Shown in pieces: positions 41,121-54,674 of a stretch of DNA of 64,000 nt. A program made the position numbers and the translations under genes. Each line of letters opens with the position of its first letter. Within the stretch, counting starts at the first letter, position 1. The notes beneath the pieces were generated by a model. It was not told where the DNA came from. It did no database searches and saw only the letters and a program-made list of their open reading frames with translations. The stretch comes from Eledone cirrhosa (taxonomy: Eukaryota): the NCBI GenBank assembly GCA_964016885.1, contig OZ024742.1:315084001-315148000 (forward strand). Reading direction: 5' to 3'.

Positions 41121-41558
41121 ATAATTGTTTCTACTTTAGGCACAAGGCCAGCAATTTGAAGGAAAGGGGAATGTTGGTTAAATCGACCGCAGTGCGTTAC
41201 TAGCGCTTTATTTTATCGAACCAGTAAAGATGAATGACAAAGCTAACCTCGGCGGGATTTGAACTCAGAGCGTAAAGGGACGTAACTATGTGTCACAAAG
41301 CATACTGTCCGACGCTCTACTGATTCACTTATTAATAATAATTGTTTCTGATTTAGGCACAAGGCCAACAATTTTGAGGGAGGAGAAAGTCGATTAGAGC
41401 GACCGCAGTACGTTACTGGTACTTTATTTTATCGACACCGTAAGGATAAAAGGCAAAGCTAACATCGGCGGGATTTGAACTCAGAGCGTAAAGGGTCATA
41501 CCTCTATGCTGCAAAGCATGTTGTCCAACGCTCTACCGGTTCTACGAATCCCCTGCCC
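41121..41558 (-). mobile_element. Tandem pair of SINE copies (longer subfamily)
   Basis: 41121-41325 and 41338-41558. Confidence 0.88.
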
Positions 41559-41694
41559 TCACACCTTCACAAATAATAGCAATTCAACATTACATTAATA
41601 TTAGCAATTACTAAGCTAGGGATTATAGACATTACCAACATACACAATATCAGTTAGCAAAATCATAGGAAGGGAAAGTGAGTTGAATGAAAAA

Positions 41695-41814
41695 TCTATA
41701 TATAAATTTGTGCGACTTCCATCCGTCACACACTGTGTGTATGTTTGTGTGAATGTATGTTTGTGTATATGCACACGTACACACATACGCGTCAACATGT
41801 TGAAAAAATTCTAG
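41695..41814 (+). mobile_element. 120-bp Helitron-like element
   Basis: A|TCTATATATAAATTTG...TCAACATGTTGA hairpin..CTAG|T. Confidence 0.7.
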
Positions 41815-42469
41815 TGTTTTAAAGTTTAAAGGTGCATAATTTATTTAAGAGAGGGTCACATGAAATGGCAATAAGATTTATGAAGCTTTCAGAAGTTATA
41901 GACGAACAGACTAGTAAGTGTTGCAAATATTTATAAATTCAGTATATTTGTTGTAGCTATAGCTGGTTAATGTAGGTTAGTGGATTTTACTCAATAAATA
42001 GATACACACACCTACAAATGTTTCTACTCGTTTTATGATATAAAGACATTATTCAGGTCATTAAAACAATGCTTCTTTAACTCCTGAAATAATATATAAC
42101 ATTGCATTCATAGAATTTGAACGCTCAAATATACTGAATAGAACGAAATGGGGGTTTATTGCTCACATATTTTCATAATAACTACTTCTTAATCATTTAT
42201 ATCAAATATAAAACTATCTGCTGTTATCAGTTGGAACTTTTATCAAATTATTCATCATGATATGAGTATAGACAGTCTAAATAAAGGTCAAGCACTGATA
42301 ATTCACACAGAATCTATCCAACGCATCACCAGCTAAACTTTTTTCATTTTGATATAACAGATCAGGCCTTTTGAAAATGAAATAAATATCAGTATGATCC
42401 AGCCTTTCAAAAGTAATGGCGAACTTTAGAAACCCAAGGATTATTATCAATCTGATACTAAATCTCTCT

Positions 42470-42506
<37 letters not shown>

Positions 42507-42511
<5 letters not shown>

Positions 42512-42760
42512 CGGGTAAAATTCCCGAGATCCATGGACGAGTTCTTTCCAGCGGTCTCTGTCCCTCATTATCGCTGCCATGTCCTGCGTCTCCAACAGAC
42601 CAGTGTCTCTCCTTAGGGCATCAACATACGTTAATTTTGGTCTTCCTCTTCTAGTGTGTCCATGTAGGGGCTCCCACAGGAGCACTGAGTGCAATGTCAA
42701 CTCTGGATGTCGGTGAGCATGTCCAGCTAACCTCAGTCTCCTCTGTGTCACTTTTGAGCT

Positions 42761-42765
<5 letters not shown>
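42507..42765 (-). mobile_element. RTE-like LINE 3' fragment, same family as 33497-33795
   Basis: [39 protein letters not shown]; TA tracts at both ends. Confidence 0.85.
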
Positions 42766-42806
<41 letters not shown>

Positions 42807-45167
42807 TACTGTAGAATACGTAACAACAGTAAACCACTTTTGTAACTCCGTTTAGAACTGATTAACGTAAGATCCTAATAATTTTACAGTTTCGAATATG
42901 TCAATTTCTTCTACCTGTTACTCTCGGGAAAAAACTCCAAATTATCGTTGATAATTTACATGCATGGTTACTCTAGTTAGCTTATCTTATGATATAACAT
43001 AAGTTATTTTCTCGCCTGTTGTAGGGTAGTGTCCAGTTGATCCGAGCTCTGGTTCTGATCACTATTTCATATGATGGAAGAATGTGCGCTACACGCCAAA
43101 AACATATTACACTACCTTCAACCTTTAAGTGGATATCTTCCCCAACTACAAGTTATGCCCAATACGAGGCAAAATAAGGTAAATTTAATATATACATTTA
43201 TATTAGACATTATTTATTTATGTTTAATACAGTATATATTTTTCAAAGTGTTTCTTTAAAAAATGCCTACTTTAATCATTGAAACATATTTTCAATAATT
43301 TGTTCTCACTTTTTTCGTCTAACATTTGTATTTCAAATGTGGAGAAACACAACGGAAATCCGAAATGCATCGAGGGGAACAGGACAAATGAAAGTCATCT
43401 GTGGTATCGGAAAAAATTACCATATGAAAGATGATAGAATATCTGCTCAAACTAATCTGGAACTCTTTTTTTTATATAACACATCAAACAACCAACTAGA
43501 AATTGTGGTTTCAATAGAATTGTTTAATTTTGTTTATGTTATAGTTTTGTTGGTTTTTCATCCTGTGATAACACATAACGTTGAGTGAAACAATTTTTAT
43601 TCGTATTTTTATGAAACTGATAGATATGTTTGAGAACTCTGAGAATATAAATAGATGGGGAAAGTGATAGACGAATAAATGGCTGGATGGATAAATGGAT
43701 GAAATCTGTGGTAACAAATATATGATAGAAGGTAACAATAGCATGAATGAATTAAATGAATAAATTTACGATTTGATGGCGAGATATGAGTAAAATACTC
43801 GAAGAAAGACAATGAATTTGCTAGAGAGAATGAAAATATAAAGGAAATGGATAAACAGATATCCGTAGATAATAGATCCGATTAAAATATGACAAACGAA
43901 AATTCAAACGTGCGCATTGATAAAATTGATCTGCAAATCAGAAATAATTGTTGTTTTTCATATAAATTCTATACCGGTTTTAAAGTCTTTTTACTCATAA
44001 TAACGAGTGAAATGAAAATAGTGGCTAGCGTTTTGATAAACCACAAACAATCTTGCAAATCAACAGGTATCCAGTATGGAATTTCTTACGGTGTGTGGAA
44101 ATGTATCATTGTTGTGTGTGTGTGTGTGTACGTGTGTTTTCTTCTTTCCTGCTTTGTCATTCATTATCAAAATGATGAGGAGGTGAAGTAGTGTGAAAAT
44201 AGTCTGGATACATGACAAAAGGTTGTGAGCGAAGGAAAACGTGAGAGATTGTGAAAGATTGCTGAGAAATTAAAATACACCGAGAAGAAAAAAAAAAATA
44301 ATGTAATACGAGATGATAAAATAAAAGAAACAAAACCATTCAGAAACAAAACCATTTAGAAACAAAACCACAATATATCAAACAGCATAAATAAAATATC
44401 CAATATAATCATTTCTTAAAAAGCAGAATCAGGAGTCGAAATATGGAGATAGTATCAGAAAGGAGGGAAAAGTAAAACAAATAATAAAATAAGAGTCTGT
44501 TATAAGAAAAAGCAGAAAGAAAAATATAATAGTAAGGATAGAAACTATAAAATAAAGTTTTGGGAAAATGTGATGGTAAATGAGAGAGAACAGGAAAAGT
44601 GTGAGATGAGCTCTAGAAAGTGATACTAAATAGAAATGGAATACTGATCTGTTTGAAATGTTTTTGAAAGAAAATGCTTTCTTAGGCTATTAAACCAGAT
44701 TTGAGTAAAATGATCACGTTCTAATGAAACGAATACCCGCATTTGCTAAATCTACGGTAATCTTCATTGGTTTGCTACACCAAAATTATTTATATTCACT
44801 ATTTATTATCATACAAAGTGGTGAGCTATAGAGCACTGGAGGAAAGATTTTTATAATATTTAATTTCGCTTCTATAAATTCTGAGTTTAATTCCTATTGG
44901 AGTCAATATTGTGTTTTCGTTATGTGGTCGTTACAATAAATACCGAACTTATGATAATAAACACATTTTCCTACCTATACCACCGTGCTATAAATGTAGG
45001 ATCTTGTCTGCAGTGAGAGTAAAAGTGTTACTAAATTTTACAGATTCGAAATAATTTACTTTCCCACACATATGTGAGTGTGTGTATGTATGTGTATGTA
45101 TGTGTATGTGTGTATGTTTCCACGCGCATGTGTGTATGCATGGATAGATAGATAAATAGATAGACAA

Positions 45168-45220
<53 letters not shown>

Positions 45221-46134
45221 CGTATGGATGGATGGATGTGTGGATGGGGGGTTATGGATTTCATCCATGCTGAGTCATTAGTTAACTGCCACTCGGAATT
45301 TCACGCTCCCTAGTATCAGATGACTGGCTTAAGTATGTTTATATACGTTGCATACGAATAATAAGAAAATAGAGGTTACAAAGTTTAATATATGACTATA
45401 ATTATATAGAGATATGTTTTACCGCATTCTTTACTGGGCAGAAAAAAAACAGGGAAAAATGAGAGTACGTGGATGCTGTATGTTGAGATTTTCTTAGACA
45501 GATGTCACTGAGGTGTGTTGAGTGCATGTAGATGTCAGAGATAGGGGCTTGCTCAATGAATGTATTGACTTTTAATTATTTCCTGCTGTGGGCACCAATT
45601 TAAAAGAGGCCAGCGGCTCAATTAAATCAAGTTGAAGGAGGAGTTTGCTTCTGTTAAAGCTAGTACATTTATGTATATCTCATGAAGGAGTTTTATTTTT
45701 TAAATATTTTATTTGATAAATCATCGACATGTAAAAAGAACTAATGTATGGTTAAAAGGTTTTGCTTCAAAATAACGTAGTTTCAGGTTCAATTTCACTG
45801 CGTGATACCTTAGATAGTTGTCTCTTACCATAGTCGATGCCTGTTTAGTGGAGTTTAGTAGACGGAAACTGTGCACAAGTTTGCCGTTTATATGTATATA
45901 TGTGTGCTTCTATATTTGTATTTGTGTGGCTGTGTATGTATATGTTCCATAATGCAGTGGTTCTATATATAGAGATCGATCAAATAAGTAAACACCAGAC
46001 CTAAACATTCAAGCTCATGTGGTCGGAGCCCTTCAAATTGTCCCCCACCAATACGTCAGACAAAAATATTTGGTGCCAGTAAACGAATCATTAATTAACG
46101 TTGCGATGCTCTAACGATTCTGAAACACAGTTCT

Positions 46135-46650
46135 TGTGATGCGAAACTCCGCCAGTTGCAGACTGAGATATCTCTCTCCACAAAGTTCGATCACCAGCAG
46201 CAGAGTTCAAAGAGCAAAGATCAAGTCCAGTCCATAAGTTGACATTGTCAAGCCATCGTTCTGGCTGCCGGCCTCTGCTTCTCTTACCAGCCAACCTTCC
46301 TTCCAAGCATAACCTACTCACACCACATGTTGATATTTTTATATGACCGTGTAGTTTGAGTACAATTTGATAATTGATGTAATTGGTCTAAGTTTGGTAA
46401 CGTTGAGCAGCTCACTGATACAGATACGGTCGCTGAGCTGCTTGCCAGTCATAAGTCTCATAATGTGGTTGTGGAATGTAGAGAGGTTCTGAAGTGACCT
46501 TGTCCTCCAATTAACACAGTCAAGACCCTATAACACAACTAGTACGATGTAAGTATCAAAGATCTTAGCCTTCAACTTATAGGAAACTCGTTTTGATGTT
46601 AGTATTTCCTTGTTTTTGTTGAAAGCTGTCCAACCTAGAGTGATGTGAAG
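46135..46650 (-). mobile_element. Degenerate RTE LINE 3' fragment
   Basis: LEGRLAGKRSRGRQPERWLDNV..AGDRTLWR. Confidence 0.75.
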
Positions 46651-46989
46651 CTGCGCAATCTGATGAAACACAGTATATGTGTAGTAATAATACGTGTAAT
46701 TAGATTTTTCAAAGAGTAAGTATTTCTGTTATAAGGAGGATTAGCGCTGTGACAACAATTTCAATTAAGATATGATTAATTCTATTGAGCAACAAAACAA
46801 GATAGTTAACGTTGATAACAACAGATGATTGTAGTGCTAATGATTAATCACAAATGTCAAATGAATCCCTCCTAATGGTTATCTTGAACTTAGATAATTG
46901 AAATATGTTGAAATTTAAATTATAACTCTTGCTTTTCTCTAAATGATACTTATATGTAGGTGTATGTTGAAAAGCTATTATAACTTGTA

Positions 46990-47175
46990 TGGTGGTGGAT
47001 TGGCAGTATCGAGAGAGGGTCGGACGCCATACTTTGTTGCATAGAGTTACGGCCCTTTACTGTTTGATTTAAAATCCCACCGAGGTTAACTTTGCCTCTC
47101 ATCCTTACCGTTTTGGTTAAATAATGCACTAGAAATGTACTGGGATGATGGCCTTGTGCCCAAAGTAGAAACAAT
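46990..47175 (+). mobile_element. Same SINE family with TSD
   Basis: ATTATAACTTG at both ends. Confidence 0.85.
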
Positions 47176-48518
47176 TATAACTTGCAAGGTGAACATTTCG
47201 TGGCAATACAGTCACTGCCTTCAAATGTCCATCTAGGAAAGACGAGTTGGAAATGCCAGCTCTATCTTATAGTTATGATGGACGACGTTGTGTGATGGGC
47301 ACTGCTAAAATGTTTAAATACAGAGCTCTATCGTCTCGAACACCGTTAGCTTCTTCAAATACCAAATACAGAGGAAGCTGAGGTTGCATAGTGAGATGAC
47401 AACCTTTAGTTAAATTTGCATAAAATGGATGAGAATGTCAAAATAGGTGTGACTAAATAGGCTTTTGTATTCTTACAGGTATTGACTGGTGGTAATAACT
47501 AAGAAATTCTCTTTTGGTGTATCTAAGTAATATGAGTTCCATATGGACCAGGCCTGCCACCCTCTAAATACCCAAACGGGGAGTACCATGAAAAGATATG
47601 CCCCAAAACGGGAGAAATGAGGCAAAATGGGGAGATTTTACATAATGAAAACTATATCCATTTTCATGGATATAGCTTTCGAATGTATGAGAAGACATCT
47701 CTCACACATTCCAAAGAGGGTGGGAGATTTCCCTGTTGGACGGGCAGAGTTGACCGATTTATGTGGACTAACCTGAATTGCTTTGTATGCTTGCTCCATA
47801 GTTCCGTGTTTCTTTCTTTATGGAATTTTTATGTCATTCATTGTTGTCATTATTGTTATTTCTTTATCATTGTTCCGTGCTGTTATTGTTAATTTCTCCT
47901 ATTTACGTAGTTTGATAGATTGGGCAGAGTTATTAGAGTGTTGGTTATTTGTTTTAGATCTCTACGATTTGATTACAAATAACATCGATGTCCATTTTGT
48001 CTTCCATTCTTTCAGGGTGAATCAAGGAAAAAAACACAACCCAGAACTGATGCAGTCCTCGCTCTTTTTACCTGTCACACCCTACCTGTTGAAAAGGACT
48101 ATGATTGCTAGCGACTACATAGGCACCTGAAACCTCTAGAGAAAGTATAATACATATGACGAAGCTAATCGCAATTGTAAATAAAGGCTCTAGTTACCAT
48201 TCTCTTCAAAGCTTGAAGTAAATAACTCACTGTTATCTTTCTTTATTTTTCGCATGCCGTAGGAGTAATGTCCCCTATATGACCAATAAAAGAGATCATT
48301 TTCATTGACATAAGGGTATTACATAGGAAAAAACCTTAGAATGTCGGACGAATTATTTTGCGTTTTTTAGATTTGGTATTTTCCTTTCATCCTTCTCAAA
48401 GCAATAAACTGAGTAATAGTTCCATCCACGATCAGCTAAACTGTTGATGGCGCCTGATAAGTGTTTTACTCCCCACTCGATGAATTTCTCGTTTGTTCTC
48501 TCTCTCTATCTCTCTCTC

Positions 48519-48564
<46 letters not shown>

Positions 48565-48600
48565 TCACTTGCTATCTCTCTCCGTCTCTCTCTCTCTCTA

Positions 48601-48650
<50 letters not shown>

Positions 48651-48660
48651 TCACTTGCTA

Positions 48661-48694
<34 letters not shown>

Positions 48695-48967
48695 ACGCAC
48701 ACTCTCAAAGATGAGAAAAATGCAAGTTCTTATATTTACAGAATTGGTTACAGTTTGCTTGCTCAGAGGATAAAGGGAACCTCCATTACTTCTGTGGGTG
48801 GGTCGAAAGAGAAGAGAGATACTACAACTCATGTGTAGCCGCACCAGTTGGAAGCGGCCTAAATCGATAGAGGTGTCTTCATACCCGAGCCCTGAACTGT
48901 GTAAAGACCTACCTCATACATTTGTGGCCATGTATCAATGTGATAAATCAGTAGTAGTAGTAGTAGT

Positions 48968-49008
<41 letters not shown>

Positions 49009-49038
49009 CTAGTAGTAGTAGTAGTTGTAGTATAGTGA

Positions 49039-49081
<43 letters not shown>

Positions 49082-49083
<2 letters not shown>

Positions 49084-49440
49084 GAGTCAGTAGGTTTATA
49101 GAAAATAGAATTAGAGAGGCTGTGGTGAGTGTGATCGATAGAGAGAGAGAGAGATATATATCAAGAAAAGGGGAAAAAGAATCGGAGGCGGATGTGGTGA
49201 AGGTGAGAGCGGAATGAAAAGATTGAACGAAAGATAAAAAGCAGTCGAGCTGTTCACGTGATAGAGAGGTAGCGCCGGTACAGTCGTTGATATAACGACT
49301 GTATAGCTCAGAAGTAGGTCCAGTGTACTGGGAGAAGATCTGGGTTTCGACATAGCCAACAAACAAGTTAGCATAGTTCGGACCCATTCTTGTACCCATC
49401 GCTTCCCCAGAGATTTTCTGGTAGAATTCACCAGAAAAAA
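49082..49440 (-). pseudogene. PLE reverse transcriptase fragment (Neptune/Poseidon-type)
   Basis: FSGEFYQKISGEAMGTRMGPNYANLFVGYVE..RYINDC..FHSALTFT..PFLDI, then FYKPTDSH in a shifted frame. Confidence 0.85.
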
Positions 49441-49629
49441 AAAGACCCATTATATATATGCAAGGTCCCGTAACTCCTGTTGGAGTCGTAGGGGGACCGT
49501 ATTGATATATGGTCTTTCTTGTGCATGTTAATACCTGGTGGAGCGTATCTCTTCTTCATGTCTGAATAGAGCAGATTTCTTCCAAAAAAGGTTAAAAGGT
49601 GAGAGAATGGGAGTGAGAAAGAGGAAGAA

Positions 49630-49785
49630 TCGACCACAGTACTAGATAGGCAATTTTTTATTGACCGCGAATGGATGAAAGACAAAATTGACTTCGGCTG
49701 GATTATAACTCAGGGAGCAGAGAGTGGAATCGTAAACTACAAAGCATTCTCTCCGGCGTTCTAACAACTCTGCCAATTCGCCGCC
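49630..49785 (-). mobile_element. Older related SINE
   Basis: Minus GGCGGCGAATTGGCAGAGTTGTTAG head and diverged core. Confidence 0.75.
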
Positions 49786-50039
49786 TATATATATATTAAA
49801 ACAAAAGAGGTTAAGAAAAAAATTAATAAATAATAAAACCACTACCGGCCAGCATGGTATAGCAAGCCACATCGGACACTGGAATAGTTCCTTTATTTTC
49901 AGCGGAAGAAGAGATATTAATGTCGAAATATCAGGACATATCAATAAATTAAGGTTAAAAAAACAACCTCTGTTTCTTGCGATGTAATTATTTTCCGTCC
50001 AGACCCCCGCATTGTCGTGGCTTTCAAACTTCGAATTCT

Positions 50040-50102
<63 letters not shown>

Positions 50103-50107
<5 letters not shown>

Positions 50108-52173
50108 ATGAAATGACAGGAGGCTGGATTTGTGTAAGTCCTTGAAAGGTTTATTATACTATGATCATTTCAATGACCGGGTTCCGTATGAATCCGGTGA
50201 TATCATTAGGTATTCGAAATATAATAAATGAATGTAATAGATAAAATCCATGGGGCTGAAAATCAAAGACCGGAGGACGACCGCCAACCAGCATCTTCCA
50301 CCTTTCCTGGTCGCCCTCAAGTGAGGTGGCTAAAGCTACTACCGGTCAACTAGAGGAAAACAGAAAGGGAGAGGAGGATAAGTCAACGTTAATATCATGC
50401 CACAAGAAAAAAGAAGAAGGGGGAAGGAAGAAAGGGAAGAAGAAGAAAAATCAGGGTTAATGTAGAGCTACAACAAGAAAGACAGAAAGAAAGAGGAAGA
50501 AAGGTCGGTACTATGTCAAGCTACAGTCAGGCCAGGAATGTCGCGAAAAAAATGTTAGGCCATCCTTGTACAAATCCAGTACCATTCATTTACCCAGGAG
50601 GAGGATTTGCTTAAGTAGGGGAGGCGTGATACATCTAATAGTTATGATTAGATCTGTAATTTAAAGGTACTATATGGCGGTCAATAAACCGGCTGCGCGC
50701 CGGGCCCCTGGGGCAAATCAAGCCACTCCGAGTAGTTTCATTTACCGAAAGAAGGGGAAATTTATTTTTCCAAGCACTCAAGGTAGGCTTATGTGCCATG
50801 GGGCCGGTACCGCCGCCAGGAAAACCAACCCAACAGTCCGACAGAAAGTTGGAACGTTAAATTATTGTTTAGATTTATAGGATGAAGTTGAAAAAATTCA
50901 GAATAACATTATACAATTAAAGACTCTCTTTAACTAAAGATTCTCTTTAACTAAACCCGGCAACCGAAAACCTTAAAACAGTTTTTTTAAATGTTTAAAT
51001 TTCAATTTTCTAAATGTTCAATTCTCAGTCTTTTTACTCTTTAATTTTATAATGTTATTCTGAATTATTTCAACTTCATCCTAAACAAGACATAATCTTT
51101 ACTCTATAATAAAATTAAAGTTTCTTCATAAAAGACTCTTTCTTTGCTTAAACCTCGCAACCTTAAAAATGTTAAACTAGTTAACTTTCAATTTTCTAAT
51201 TTCTTTAATTTTATAATGTTAATATTAAATATAAATTTGTTAACTTCATCCTATAAGTCTAAACAAAAATGTAACGTTCCACTCTTCTGCTCACACATTA
51301 TAACATACAGACCCCCACTATATTTACCTTTGCTAAGATACGGGTCCCTTATAAAAAAAAATTGTTCGCGCCATTCCTGGCCTGACTGTAGTCTGACATT
51401 AGTACCGACCTTTCTTCCTCTTTCTTTCTGTCTTTCTTCTTGTAGCTCGACATTAACCCTGACTTTTCTTCTTCTTCCTTTTCTTCCTTCTCTTCCCCCT
51501 TCTTTCTGTCTTTCTTCTTGTGGTATGATATTAACGCTGACTTATCTTCCTCCCCCTTTTTGTTTGCCTATATTTGACCGGTAGTAGTTGTTAAGATACG
51601 GGTCCCTTAGAATAAATTTTTTTCGCGACATTCCTGGCCTGACTGTAGTTTGACATTAATACCGACCTTTCTTCCTCTTTCTTTCTATCTTTCTTCTTGT
51701 AGCTCGACATTAACCCTGACTTTTCTTCTTCTTTTTCTTCCTTCCCCCTTCTTTTTTCTTGTAGCATGATATTAACGCTGACTTATCTTCCACTCCCTTT
51801 CTGTTTTCCTCTATTTGACCAGTAGTAGCACACTATAAGCTTTAGCCACCTCACTTGAGGGCGACCGGCAAAGAGGTCTTTGATTTTCAGCCCCACGGAT
51901 TTTATCTATTACATTCATTTATTATATTTCGAATACCTGATGATTTCACCGGATTCATACGGAACCCGGTCATTAAAATGATCATAGTATAATAAACCCT
52001 TCAAGGATTTACACAAGTAATATTTACACAAGTAATATTTAACTCCGTACTAGCACCACCAACTACAAAAACAAAGACGGTTGAACTGCTCTACGTTGAG
52101 TACTCTCCATATTATTACATTAAGATTGACGATACGGAATTGACCAGCTCTATCCAGTGGTGAACCTCAAACC

Positions 52174-52177
<4 letters not shown>
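50103..52177 (+). mobile_element. ~2.1-kb TA-inserted inverted-repeat element (rearranged PLE pseudo-LTRs)
   Basis: 50130-50555 is inverted relative to ~51615-52016; ~260-bp direct duplication (51330-51590 / 51590-51830); nested central inverted repeats; hammerhead in each arm. Confidence 0.85.
51933..51990 (+). ncRNA. Hammerhead ribozyme (GAAA mutated to AAAA); inverted partner at 50156-50213
   Basis: ATAC-CTGATGA-TTTCACCGG..CCGGTCATT-AAAA-TGATCATA^GTAT. The partner keeps GAAA but has CTAATGA. Confidence 0.7.
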
Positions 52178-52215
<38 letters not shown>

Positions 52216-52219
<4 letters not shown>

Positions 52220-52561
52220 GGTTTGTTTACTCCTGAGTAATGTAAAATAATTAAGTCAAATATGTAAAATTTGGCTTCGCTTATTATAAATTATAGATAT
52301 GCTGCTATATATATTTCGGTGACAGCCATCATTGGCTGTGATCTCTTTAGGCAGTCAGAATTGGTGTGGGAAAGACAGGAACACATGTTATTTACTGAGA
52401 AAAACACACTTCAACAACATGTGTACCTGTCTTTCCCACATAAATTCTGACTGCCTGAAGAGGTCACAGCAAATGATGGCTGTCACCGAAATATATATAG
52501 CAGCATATCTATAATTTATGATAAACGAAGCCAAATTTTATATATTTGACTTAATTATTTT
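52216..52561 (-). mobile_element. TA-inserted fold-back element with twin hammerheads
   Basis: Arms ~52245-52390 and ~52416-52561; short extension to (TA)n on the left. Confidence 0.88.
52451..52503 (+). ncRNA. Intact-looking type I hammerhead ribozyme
   Basis: CTGC-CTGAAGA-GGTCACAGC-AAATGATG-GCTGTCACC-GAAATATATATA^GCAG; all three stems pair. The inverted partner at 52302-52354 has CTAAAGA. Confidence 0.85.
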
Positions 52562-52935
52562 ATATATATATACATATATACGTCACCAACATTTCTTGTA
52601 TTCTGTAAACAAGTTTCTGATCATAATTTAAAATTTGCTAATACTCTTGCACCTGTTGATGTTTAGTAAAGAGAGTGTTGCTCATTTATTTCAGCTGTAA
52701 CATACATGTTGAGGTTTGCATTATATCACTGTTAACATTATTAACATTATTAATGATATGACAGTATTTTCTTTATTTGTTAGAAATCCTACTACGTTTA
52801 TTCTTGTGCTAAGATTAATAGTTTAAGAATTGTTGTAAATAATTGTTAAGTCAACTTATTCCGCATTTAGTATAGAAGAATGTCTATAAATATTTCCAAA
52901 TAAAAAAAAATTCTCTTAGAGTTTGAAATTGTTGA

Positions 52936-53110
52936 AGGCGCGTGGTTTAGTAGTTAGAGAATTGGTTCGTAATCGTGAGGTTGCGAGTTTAATTCTAGGA
53001 CCGGGTGATGACGCTTCATTTCTCTCCAATGCTGCTCCTTTTTCCAGGAGTTGCGACCGGTAGATAGTATCAATAATGGAAAGACCAATGAAAACAAATG
53101 TTTCCTAGCA
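52936..53110 (+). mobile_element. CORE-like SINE variant
   Basis: GGCGCGTGGTTTAGTAGTTAG head; tail is the reverse complement of 5735-5800. Confidence 0.7.
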
Positions 53111-53362
53111 AGGTTCACCCAACTCGGCAAGCGAATGAGGTCTGGGGTCTTGTTGATCTCTCAGAGTGATATAACAAATAAATGAGGAAAGGACGGAGAA
53201 TTATGTCACAATAACTATAAAGTACGACCAATGATATTTTCGGAGATATAAGCAATGGTCACAATATACTTGATCAAATTTGAGGAACGTGTGTTTTACA
53301 TTGCTTCAATCAACAAGAATTTGTTCATTGAGGATTTATAACATATTATTACAAGGAATGTA

Positions 53363-53552
53363 AGGGTGGTGGATTGGCAGTATTGGTAGAGGGTCGGACG
53401 CCATGATCTTCAGCATAGAGGTATGGCCCTTTTAGGTCTGAGTTAAAATCCCGCCGAGGTTAACTTTGCCTTTCATCCTTACGGGGTCGATAAAATAAAG
53501 CACCACTATTGCACTGTGATAATTGCTGGCCTTGTGCCAAATATAGTGACAA
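53363..53552 (+). mobile_element. Same SINE family with 18-bp TSD
   Basis: ATTATTACAAGGAATGTA at both ends. Confidence 0.9.
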
Positions 53553-54164
53553 TTATTACAAGGAATGTATGTTCTTTTTTCTTCTAGATTAATTATGTAA
53601 TTAGTCATCTTTATCTATATTGTATCTAGCATGTATCATCGCATGAGAAGTTATTAATAAAACACAGCTTTCAGACATGAGTTATACATATAAATACATG
53701 ATTTGCTATAAACACAAATCTTGAATCAGCAACACAATAATATTATCATCAGATGTTAACTTTATGTGTCAAATGTTCTATTTATGTTATTGAGGACACG
53801 AAAACTTATTTACTGATAGAAAGCAGCCAAGTGATAATTTGAAGATAGTATCTGTCATCTGCCATCTTCTAAACAATCATCTCGGTTCATAATACATCAA
53901 ACATACTGTTATTGTATTATTGTCCTATTTTCTATAAATACTTTCAATAAGTAGATAACGTGTATACCTTTGATATATTTGTATAACTGCAGACATGTAT
54001 ATAGAAATCTAGTGTTGTATAAATGCTGCACATATGATATTTTCAAAGATTAAGTTATATGTATTATGCGTTCAGAGATACATTATCCTTTGTAGAGAAC
54101 ATATGTTCAGATTTGCTTAAACGAAGAATAACAGACTAATTTCAAAATATATCTCACGTTATAA

Positions 54165-54470
54165 TTTCATGGCACTCCGTCGGTTACGACGACAAATGTT
54201 CCAATTTATCCGATCAACGGAACAGCCTGTTCGTGAAATTAACGTGCAAGTGGCTGAGCATTCCACAGACACACGTACCCATAACGTATTTCTCAAGGAG
54301 ACACAGAATGTGACAACGTTGGCCTTTTGATTTCATTTTTGCCACCTGAGTGGACTGGAGCAACGTGAAATAAAATGTCTTTCACAAGGACACAGTGCGC
54401 CGCCGCGAATCGAACCCACGACTTCAAGATTATCAGCCGAATACCCTAACCACAAAACCACGCGCCTTCA
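54165..54470 (-). mobile_element. tRNA-derived CORE-like SINE
   Basis: Minus GGCGCGTGGTTTTGTGGTTAGGG..GGTTCGATTC..GTGTCCTTGTGAAAGACATTTTATTTCACGTTGCTCCAGTCCACTCAG, similar to the CORE domain. Confidence 0.8.
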
Positions 54471-54674
54471 TAGTTATATACTATTTACATATATAAATAG
54501 TTTTAAGCTATGAGGAATACGTATATATTGCTTGGCGAGCCCTAAAATGGATTTTGTTTTTTGTTTCACTCAATCGTCCTTTCTCACAGTCTCTAAATAT
54601 TAAGTGTATCTTAGATTAACGTATTTTTTGGTCTTACTCAATGAAGTTATTTTCTGTGGATTTGTGATTATGTA

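Noticed and set aside
47549-47765. Possible hAT-like MITE
   Set aside because: Terminal inverted similarity too weak and no TSD seen.
52245-52561. A-to-G bias between hairpin arms as a trace of ADAR editing
   Set aside because: Arm differences are few and mixed in type; no clear bias by eye.
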